Origin: Antedon mediterranea
Lineage: Eukaryota; Animalia; Echinodermata
DNA: 64,000 nucleotides
Assembly: GCF_964355755.1 (NCBI RefSeq)
Contig: NC_092679.1
Coordinates: 3,068,201 to 3,132,200 of the forward strand
Direction of reading: 5' to 3'
The notes beneath the pieces were generated by a model. That model was not told where the DNA came from. It saw only the letters and a program-made list of their open reading frames with translations, and ran no database searches. The translations under genes and the position numbers were made by a program. Positions 1 to 9,400 of the stretch are shown here, piece by piece; position 1 is the first letter of the stretch; the number at the start of each line of letters is the position of its first letter.

Positions 1-280
1 ACTAGTCCATTATGGTCCAGGAGTGTTATAGGAACTTTTACTTTTTGTATCTAAGCCCTCCCTCTGGAGAGCACAGGCTATTGTCGATTTATCCAGGTAA
101 GTCTGGCACAATATAGATTATTTATGAATAAATAATATATTTCTCCTACTACTACATGCACAACTAAAATAAAAATACAATTAATAATCCACAAACATTC
201 TAAAACACTCAATTGAAAAAGTTTGTGTTTGTAATTGTCATGTTCATTATTTACAACTGTATTGTAAAGTGATACATATT

Positions 281-325
281 AGTTCTGAGGACGATCAAAG
301 CATATTGATCGAAACGTCAAGAAAC
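281..325 (+). ncRNA. Minimal hammerhead-ribozyme-like motif (Penelope/retrozyme type)
   Basis: CTGAGGA-C-[GATCAA agcata TTGATC]-GAAA-CG-TC: core boxes, stem II hairpin and a GTC site; stem I is weak. Confidence 0.4.
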
Positions 326-669
326 TCAAAAGTTCTTTTCAGAACTAATATACGTGGTGTACCGCAAACTTTATATCAACATTTGATTTCGCCATGCAAA
401 CCTTCAAACAATACATGATATACTTTTTTTCATTTTGATAAACAATAAAAAATATATAATACCGAAAATGATACAGTAAACTTTCCCAACACTGAACTCT
501 CTGAAAACGGGAAACTTGCCCACAACCAGACTTTCCTCAAACTCAAATTAATTTTACCATTAAAAAACACATTTCGGAACACCAGACTTTGCAGAATAGA
601 CCAGCCCAAAGGTGTCCGGTATTAAGAGAGTTGAAATTATTCACATTACAGCTTTTGCACTGTACTTAC

Positions 670-3600
670 ATTATTATCTACAAATGCATTATCACAATCA
701 GAGAAACGAAGAACCCACTTGAGTTTGATTTGGCAATTAGAATCTTGACACTTGGCTGAAAATGAAAGTAGAAATGTAGTTAATGACTTATGAGTAACAA
801 AAAGAGGCTAACCCTTGATGAGGAATACTGTAATTTGTAATTACATTACACATGTGATAAACAGCGCATAGAGACTATTTGTATTTTGCGCTATATAAAT
901 TTAAAAGTTAAAATGACTATAGCGAGGCATTTAATAAAAAGGCAAACTGCCTTAGATTGTGACATGTTTCGAGAAACTATTCTCATCATCAGAACAGTAA
1001 ACAACGCCTAGAGTGCTTATATACCAACAGGACATGTTGTATGTAAATAAGTAAGTAATTAGCATAATAAAAGAACAAGGAATGTAGGCTACAAACAATC
1101 ATATGGCAAGTGTGACACCTAAGTTATAGATTTGTTTGTTCAAGGAAGGTTTACTCCACGAGATGTGGAGGGCTTCCTTGACCTTAAGTTTGAAAACGGA
1201 ATCTGCAGAAATCAGAACGGTGAAGCATTCCGCCTTAGCGAGGACCTCAAACCGTTCTGAATCATGCAGATGTTGAAAAATGTGAGAAGCCTTGTCCCTG
1301 AAATGTTCACGCACCCGCATTGATAACCGTCTATTGGTTTCACCAATATACATGGAATTACATCCCATAAATTTAAAACCATTGTAAATGTACAGTACTT
1401 TTTCACACAGATATCACTTTATACATATTATCACACCTTATCACACCATATTGGAAAGCATCTGCATTGTGTATAATTGAATTTGAAAATGTTTAAAAGT
1501 CTATCATCATACCTATCAGTGTCACGTTAGTGTTGTTATACATACTCTTAGAAATTGTAATTACTTCATTCCTCTAAAACAAAACAAGTAGAAAAGATAA
1601 ATTAAAACAACATAAGAAATTATTCGATTGACAGACGATCAGGGGGCAGATGATCGGGCTTTTTTTTAAAGACGATCGGGTACAAACACGTGCGGACGTT
1701 CGGGCCCAACTTTGTGGACGTTCGGGCTCAACGACTCGGACGATCGGGCCAATATAATTAGACGATCGGTCCATAAAAATAAAGGAAAAACGAATGAATT
1801 TATAATTGTTCACCATAAAATAAATTAAGGGTGTTCTTTCCACGAGTTTGTGATACAAATGTAATAAACTATGTACATTGTAAGATATGGGTCTATCTAT
1901 ACTGTGATATACGCTAAGACTTTATACGAGACATGGACTCATAATCGCCATTTTTGTAAGAGTATTTATTGATCCACACATAGGTGGCAGCATACACGAT
2001 TTAAGTTATGTCAAGTACGTATTACTATATTATTCTGGGAAACACTACATACATACAAATAATGTTAGTGACGATCGGGCCAAACATATAAGACTCGTCT
2101 CTATGGCCCGATTGTCTGTTCACCAATTACTCAATCAAAATATGGAGCCTATGAGGAATAACTTTATATAATGTGTATATAATATTAATATTCTATTTTA
2201 GAAGACATTGTGATATGATTGATACTTCGTATCTAATTATAATTAATATCATAGGGTTTAATGTTTATGCGCAAAATACTTTTTTTCTTCAATAACTTTG
2301 TAACTTCAAAATATTAATATTATATTGTATCTGTCCCTGTGTCATCTTGAGACAAGTTATTTGAGCTTCTAATTGTGTTAATCTAAATATGGATCCAAAA
2401 TCTAAATTTAAATCTGGCTCCAATATGTACAGGGATACAGTAAATGTATTTTCTGTTAATCAATTAATTAATAATATCGAAGAAATTATAAATGTTTAAA
2501 ATAATAATAAAATAAATATGGAATAAAACATTTTTTTAACAAAGAAATTGGGAGCTCAGGTTCATGTGACCAATATGAGGTTGATGATAAATCTGTCAGC
2601 TACCTGTAAGGTTAGAAATGATAAAATAACATATATTAATTCATTTTGAAAGAATATAATAAGTACTAAACTAGGCCTCCTAAATAAATGTAAATATAAA
2701 TAATTATTTTATATTATAATATAGGCCTATATATAAGGCTAGGCCTTTATTGTGCATAAATAATTAAATTATGTTAATTTAAATTACCGTTAATTGGTAC
2801 ACACCACACACACATACAACGCAATTGGTACATCTGTCTGCTTGGCCTATCTACTCTCGACTAGGCCTAAGCCTACCAGCGGTTACCTAGGCCTAGCACT
2901 AGTTTAGAGACTACTACTGTAGGCCTAGCTAGCGGCGGGGAACAGACGATCGGGACCACGGACGATCGGGCCCAAGACGACCGGGCCCAGAAAACGTGGT
3001 CCCGATCGTCTTTGGCGTTGGGCCCGATCGTCTTCGGCGTTGGGCCCGATCGTCCAGTGTTTTCAGAACCACGTTGGGCCTGATCGTCTTACCAGTTGGT
3101 CCCGATCGTCTTAGCGTTGGGCCCGATAGTCGTTTGTGTTATATAAAATAATGTGCCACATTTCATCATTTTTAATTCCTAGTGCTAGTGTCAACGTGCT
3201 TTTCTTGCATAATTAAGATTTTAATTAAAAAGGTTAGATTTTTTTCTGATTTTATCATCCTCTAATTAACACTATCACTACTACTGGTTTTAAGAATTTC
3301 TTACCAATACTCTCCATTTATGAATAAATGTGATTGTTTTGATTGTTATTATTGTGTTGTTTGTATTCGCGTATTTATTTAATTTTCCGAGAATGTTTTG
3401 GGCCCGATCGTCTTGTTTGTTGGGCCCGATCGTCTTGTTTGTTGGGCCCGATCGTCTTGTTTGTTGGGCCCGATCGTCTTGTTTGTTGGGCCCGATCGTC
3501 TTTCACCCTGACTGGGGCTTGATGGGCCCGATCGTCTTTCACCCTTGATGGTCCAGATCGTCTCACGATTTGGGCCCGATCGTCTTTCACCCTGGGGCTT

Positions 3601-3993
3601 GATGGGCCCGATCGTCTTTCACCCTTGATGGGCCCGATAGTCTCACGATTTGGGCCCGATCGTCTTGAAGTGGGCCCGATCGTCTGATAACCCTAGCGGC
3701 CTGGCCATAGCCCTCTACTTACTACTACTAGCTAGGCCTAGGCTAGAGACAGGCTAGGCCTAGTAGGCCTAGGCCTAGTACTAGAGTTAGGCCTAGGCCT
3801 AGGCCTAGGCTAGGCCTACTAGGCCCCTTTTCTCAGCTGTTTGTTAGGCTAGTTTATACAATACAATTAAAGCAAATCTTACAGAAACTGTATACTTAAA
3901 TACACCTGGTTCAAGTGCAGCATTAATTAATTGCAATTTAGTAAAACATAATGCTATAAATAAAGCAAAGTTTAGCTTCCACGTAGAACCCAT
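670..3993 (-). CDS. TMEM87: TMEM87A/B-like (GOLD + 7TM) protein, first three coding exons; gene continues toward or beyond the left edge
   Basis: Exons 3993-3883 (signal peptide MGSTWKLNFALFIALCFTKLQLINAALEPG...), 1573-1513 (RNEVITISKSMYNNTNVTLI) and 755-670 (KCQDSNCQIKLKWVLRFSDCDNAF). All are GT-AG and phase-compatible, and they resemble the TMEM87 N-terminus (K..F.NT.I.L...C...L.I.W.L.S.DC.N). Confidence 0.7.
930..1400 (-). mobile_element. Penelope-like retroelement 3' remnant (GIY-YIG endonuclease fragment)
   Basis: ORF 1368-1099 contains C..MYIGET.R.L..R.REH...HIF.H...E.L.I....P.LN.Q, the PLE GIY-YIG signature. Confidence 0.85.
958..996 (-). ncRNA. Minimal hammerhead ribozyme of a Penelope-like element
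   Basis: Minus strand reads tgtt-CTGATGA-T-GAGAA-tagt-TTCTC-GAAA-CATG-TC-aca, about 100 nt downstream of the GIY-YIG ORF stop in the same orientation. Confidence 0.65.
1626..2124. mobile_element. Non-autonomous DNA transposon with GACGATCGGG subterminal motifs (older copy)
   Basis: Termini gattgacagacgatc ... gattgtctgttcacc; 8-bp flanks aattattc / aattactc; related to 2937-3692. Confidence 0.6.
2937..3692. mobile_element. Non-autonomous DNA transposon with GG termini and 8-bp TSD (Merlin- or Mutator-like)
   Basis: TIRs GGGGAACAGACGATCGGG / CCCGATCGTCTGATAACC; perfect TSD ctagcggc (2929-2936, 3693-3700); many GGGCCCGATCGTC motifs, including a 23-bp tandem array at about 3398-3500. Confidence 0.8.
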
Positions 3994-4079
3994 CTTTTCG
4001 TAAATTTTATCACACATCACCAAAGAATATATATCACTCTTTGACATCACACATACAGTCACACGCAACACATCCACGT

Positions 4080-4330
4080 AACTCGAGAAATTCGTACATC
4101 AGCTGTGTGTCGTATAATATGATTGGTGGTTCAAAGGGATAAACAATTGAACTATCCAATCAAAACTAATGTACAAAGTTTTCTCGCAACATAATTTTAA
4201 TTCTGATAACGCCCTCTTTATTTATAATAGTTGAGTTTTTTTTTACAAGGAAGAAATAAAAAGTTAGAGTGACATGCGACAAAAATAATCTGATAAACTA
4301 CGAAGAAAACAACGATATACTTAATCCGTA
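4080..4330. promoter_or_regulatory. Probable bidirectional promoter between TMEM87-like and MKKS
   Basis: Head-to-head genes; inverted CCAAT (gattgg at about 4121) and ccaat (about 4156); possible first-exon donor cc|gtaaat near 4328. Confidence 0.4.
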
Positions 4331-4873
4331 AATAATAAATATAACTGCTTTATTGAACTATTGAATTATTAGAACCAGGACTATACGGTGTAATACGCAC
4401 ATTTGTTTTTAGTACAATAGTTTCGGTAGATAATAAATAATTTGCTAGGCCTAGGCTAGCTAGGCCCTAACCTAGCTAGTAGGTAGCCTAGGTACTATAT
4501 TCTAATAGGACTATGGGCCTGGCATGATATGGCCTCTCTACACTACAGTAGTTTATCCTCTTCTACAACTACACACTAGGCTCTAGCCAGGCTAGGCTAC
4601 ATAGTAGGTAAGGCCAATCTACACTAGGCTAGCTAGACCTCAGCTCAGCCTACATATAAATAAAATATAATTCTAGAGTAGGGCCAGGCCGGGTTAACTT
4701 GGTCCATATTTCTATTTCTACGAGTGATGAGAGAAAAATTAATGATGATATAAATAATGCAATGGGCCTATCTAGTATAAAAATAAAGGGCCCAGATACT
4801 CTATTTCTAAAATTCAAATATATTTTCAATACATTTTTTTTCCTAATCTAGATGCTGGAAGCCTAGAGAAAGA

Positions 4874-5038
4874 ATGTCATTCGTCCAGAAGTATAAAGTT
4901 TCATTTGCAATTATAACTGGATTGGCGATTGTGCACCTTGGTTGGTACTCACTAGCGAACAACTCAACATTCAACAATAAAAAAAGAGAAGCAGGAATCG
5001 TCACGGCAGATTATAAATCAACTAACAGTAAAAAGTGA
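4874..5038 (+). CDS. MKKS upstream microprotein 1 (uMKKS1-like), 54 aa
   Basis: MSFVQKYKVSFAIITGLAIVHLGWYSLANNSTFNNKKREAGIVTADYKSTNSKK; own exon with acceptor ctag|4852 and donor gtatgt at about 5059; YKV...HLGWY resembles human uMKKS1 as recalled. Confidence 0.75.
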   Translation: MSFVQKYKVSFAIITGLAIVHLGWYSLANNSTFNNKKREAGIVTADYKSTNSKK

Positions 5039-5094
5039 CAAATAACAAACCATACGTAGTATGTATGCATATTTGTTGTTGACTTTAAAATTAA

Positions 5095-5395
5095 AGATGT
5101 ATTATCGCCCAAAAACATGAAAAATAAAGATTAATAAAATTAGATTTTGATTAGCCCATTTTGCATTTTTTTTAATAAAGTTATTCACTTCTTATTTCAA
5201 TTTTATAAAAAGACAAAAGAAATTGTTAATGTTAATTTTACTATTAGACAAAAACCATTGTCTGATACACAATTTAGGTATATTTTTTCAGGGAAAATTT
5301 TTTTTTTTTTTTCAAAGTGAATAATTATTATGTGACATTAAAATGGCATATTCAACAAAATTAAAAAAATATTTTTTTAGGGAAACAATATATCT
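5095..5395. mobile_element. Kolobok-type MITE (family C)
   Basis: TTAA|AGATGTATT ... AATATATCT|TTAA. Confidence 0.6.
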
Positions 5396-5835
5396 TTAAG
5401 CTGTTGTTAATTAATTATGATGTTTATTATACTCTATATTTATTTGTTCATTAATAAATAATAACCATGGAATGAGGCTAAACCTTTGAAACAGATTCTG
5501 TACTACTTAAACTCTATATTAAAATAAAAATGTGAAAAAAACAAAAAAAATTAAAAACTACTTTACAGTTACTTTAAAAATACAAAATACGGGCTAAAAT
5601 ACAACTAGACATCAGCCCAAAATATTTATTGAAATTACAGTATTGCAGGCCTTGTCTTTTGAAAATTATAGGTGTGCTACAAATTGCACTCCTCAATACA
5701 TTCAGGGATGCTGTAGGTGTGCTGTTTGTATTTCGGTGTGTAGAAGTTTGCCAAATTTAAATTAAATTTAAATTTAATTTGCCTCAAGGGCAGTTTAGGA
5801 GTGTGTTAAGCGAGTGAGTGAGGAGCTTGGTATTG

Positions 5836-6072
5836 CTGTTGATGAACTTTGAACTTTTCATTGAACTGCAAGAGATTATGATTATGATGTTGTTTGAATG
5901 TAGAATGTATTATTTTTAGTGGATGTAATGTATTGGGTATGTCAGCCAAAAATTTGTATTGAAATTATTGCTGATTGTTGAACTTTGAACCTTTCATTGA
6001 ACTGCAAGAGATATGATTATGTTGTGGTTTGAAAGAATGAATTACTATATTAGTCCATGGAATGTATTGGGT
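5836..6072. repeat. Degenerate ~135-bp tandem duplication
   Basis: gaactttgaac.tttcattgaactgcaagagat...aatgtattgggt occurs twice. Confidence 0.7.
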
Positions 6073-6176
6073 TTTTTTTGGCAGATTTAGTTTTCCTTCA
6101 CTTGGTATTTGTGATCATTATTTGAACGTTTTTATTCCTTAAATTTCAGAAAAGTTGAGTTGCTTTTTTTTGTAAA

Positions 6177-6362
6177 ATGGGTATTGTAAATTGGGTCAAA
6201 CATAACAAGTACGTGTCAGTTGGCATTGGCTTAGTGGTCTTTCATCTTGGCGCATATACATTATTTAAATCTGCATTTTCACCTGAAAAGCGTTGGACAT
6301 CATCTGTCAATTATGGAGCATACAGCAGGTCATACGAAGAGAAACAAGAAACCAAAGAATAG
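6177..6362 (+). CDS. MKKS upstream microprotein 2 (uMKKS2-like), 61 aa
   Basis: MGIVNWVKHNKYVSVGIGLVVFHLGAYTLFKSA...; exon 6150-6362 ends exactly at TAG|gtatat; W..N....GI.....HLG.Y.L..SA resembles human uMKKS2 as recalled. Confidence 0.75.
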   Translation: MGIVNWVKHNKYVSVGIGLVVFHLGAYTLFKSAFSPEKRWTSSVNYGAYSRSYEEKQETKE

Positions 6363-6487
6363 GTATATTTATAATTCTATTTTTATTTTTAATCTAAGTA
6401 TAGAGTTGGAGAATTTTACTAAAAATATGAAATTTACACATAAATGTGTGATTAAAGTGTATATGTAACTTTTATTTTCAGATAATT

Positions 6488-9400
6488 ATGAATAAATCAA
6501 ACATCTCAAAAAGCTTCTCATCAAATTTTGAATCATCCGTTTTGAATAATGAAGATAATTGGTTGGCACTCCAAACATTTAGAAATCTTATCAAATCTTG
6601 CTATGGGCCTAATGGCCATCTCAAGACTGTCCAGCATCATAGTGGTGGCCAGGTAACCTTAACATCCAGCTCTTACAACCTCTTAAGGAATCTACCAATT
6701 AAAAGAGCATTTCTGAGATTGCTGGTGACTGCTGTTACTGAGCACCTGCGATTATTCAGCGACGGAGGACTCTTTGTTGCGCTGTTTGCTTCGGAACTCA
6801 TTTCTCTTTCTTGTTTTACTGATCTTCCACGGATATTATGCTGTGACGTTAACAGCATACTATTAAGTTGGTGCAAAGAATTTATGAGTATCTGCAAGAT
6901 TCCTGTTGACATCAGCAGTATGGACCAGATGATGGCAGTGGTTCGATCAGTCATATCAACCAAGCCAGCTTGCTCATTTTCTCAGACAGACATCTTGCAA
7001 ATTTCGAGTTTGATCATACAAGCTTTCTTAAAAACTCTGCCACCTGCTGACTCTCATAAACTCATGGATCAATTTGTCCAATATATCGAGGTCGGAGGTT
7101 ACGATACAGCGAACTCACAGATTGTTGATGGTGTGTTGTTTCAGCTTCCAAATGACCTTCAAGAGGACTTCCTTCCACCAGAAGAGAGTTTTCATTCTGG
7201 TTCTTTAAAGATTGCCCTCTTCAAAATCTCTTTAGCAGGAGATACTGACGATTTTGTGAACACCGTTTACGAGGTTACAGAAGGGTTATCCCCAATGGAT
7301 GTTGTTACTCAAAAGCTCTTTGACATTGCAAACAAACTGATTGAAGATTCCGTTGATGTTTTAGCCTGTCAAAAAGTGATTCACCCAAGCCTTAAGAAGT
7401 TTCTTACAAAGAATAGAATATTAGTAATTGACCGTCTGTCTGTTGTTAATATTGGCGCCATTGAGACTCTTACAGGTGACTTTTATACTTTAATATTTCT
7501 TTAAACTAGATTTTGAATTGAATTGAAATATATATTTATACTGGGTAACCTCTTCAGTCAAAGACTGGTCTCCCAGGGGGCCCAGTTGGTGATCAGTGGC
7601 TGTGATGTACTAATACACCGGGGTCACCCCCTACTCGTCTCAAAAGATGTACTAGGTTTTTTAAAGTGCACATGAGCTATGTGTGTACACTGGGCCTACG
7701 GTTTATAGGCCTTATCCGAGAAGACTCGTTCTACCACCAGAACCATGGAGTGAGTGAGCCTCGAACCCCTGCCGATGTAATGGCTACGTAATTACGGTTC
7801 CACTGTCTTAACCGCTCGGCCACTCACTCACATTTATATTGTGAATGTTTAATGCAAATAAAAACCCATTAGACTCACAAGCTATAAAGTTTTGTTTTAT
7901 TGATTTTAAAAAAAAGTATTTTCATGATCCGCTATGCAACTATTATTAAGTTTAACAAACATTCTGCAAATGCTCTTATGTTTCTGAGCATGCTCAGTTG
8001 TATGGTCCTAAAACGTGTTGTTATTTTTTCTTTTTTTCATTTTTATTCACCAAGGATAGCCCAATAATTCTGTATCATGCTGAAATTCAAAAATAAATTT
8101 TAATAAATTATTTTGTTTAAAAGGTGCACAGTGTATTTCTAGCTTGCATTGGTCCGACCGAATGGAGGGTATGTATGGAAGACTGGAGAAGCTTGAAAGA
8201 GCAAGTTATTTCAAGAAAAGCTATTACCATTTTGTGAATACTGCTACTCCGGTGTGTACATTGATTTTGTGTAGTATACTTCAAGAAACATTGACTGAAA
8301 TAAAGGTAACAATAAGCCAATCTTATGTCAGTTACAAATATTTACATATTTTTTGATTAATATTTATTATTTGTATTTTTATCTGTTTTAACCTCTGTTT
8401 ACACTAGTTTGACAAAAAAAGTGTGATGTGTCCAAATATGGTAGTGATATGACAACATCATGTCCATATATGGGCATATCATATTTTTTTCGCATAGAGT
8501 TTGATAGTGTAGACAGACCTTTAGACTTTAGAGGTGTAAACTAATTCTTCTCTATTTTTTATTTTCACCCTTTTAGAGTGTTTGTATGGTTGCGCAAAAT
8601 GTCTTGCGAAGCCTGCTTGTAAATCCAGTCGTTTTACCTGGTGCCGGGTGCTTTGAAGCGTTGCTTACTGCTTATTTGAAACAGAAAGTAAGTGTATGAT
8701 GTAAGGTGTGAATGGGGTTTAAACAGGGAAATCCAATTACACTTTAAAGTGAGATACTTAGTATTTCACTTAAGTGAGATACTAAATATTTCACTTAAGT
8801 GAGATACTAAGTATTTTACTTAAGTGAAATATAAAGTATTTCACTTAAGTGAGATACTCAGATACAAATAAAACTATTCAAGCGCCGACTCGATCGCTAT
8901 CGTAGTCGTACGTCACTTTACAATATACAATGAGTTAAAAAGAAAAGAAATACAAACAATTTTTATATAGTACAGTTATAACTGACAAATTTTGTACCAA
9001 AATTTAAAAATAGTAATATTAAAAACTCGAAATAAAAAGATGTCTATACCGCAACAAAACAAAAACATTACATGCTATTTGCGAGTTGTATAAGATTGTT
9101 TCGTATTTTCCCTGATCTTGTTAGGTATACTGTACAAAATTTGTCAAGACACAATAAAACATTATTACTAATGGGAAGTGTATCCTTCCCAGAACATATA
9201 ACATTTTTCGTCATTGTTACTGGTGCAGAATGTTTCCCAAACATCTAACTCGTCTTGTTTAATTATATTTAACTGTTCTGCTCTTACACATTGTAATGCA
9301 TCACAGCTAAATAAAAAGTGAGATATGTCCTCTATATTTCCAGAGTTACATAATGAACAGAGACCATCATTCTCCATGGTCCATTTACTTAATTTAAAAT

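Noticed and set aside
1-110. Possible further TMEM87-like exon on the minus strand
   Set aside because: Truncated by the window edge, weak acceptor, and no recognisable similarity
3330-3690. Regularly spaced GGGCCCGATCGTC repeats resembling a CRISPR array, with ORFs 3330-3548 and 3375-3590
   Set aside because: Spacers are short and themselves repeated, there are no cas genes, the context is eukaryotic, and the array lies inside a TSD-flanked transposon; the ORFs are translations of the repeat
3994-4077. N-terminal extension of ORF 3844-4077
   Set aside because: Starts at a non-ATG codon; the ATG at 3993 directly precedes the signal peptide
7745-7832. tRNA-like A/B boxes
   Set aside because: Head of a multicopy SINE; no complete cloverleaf or acceptor stem
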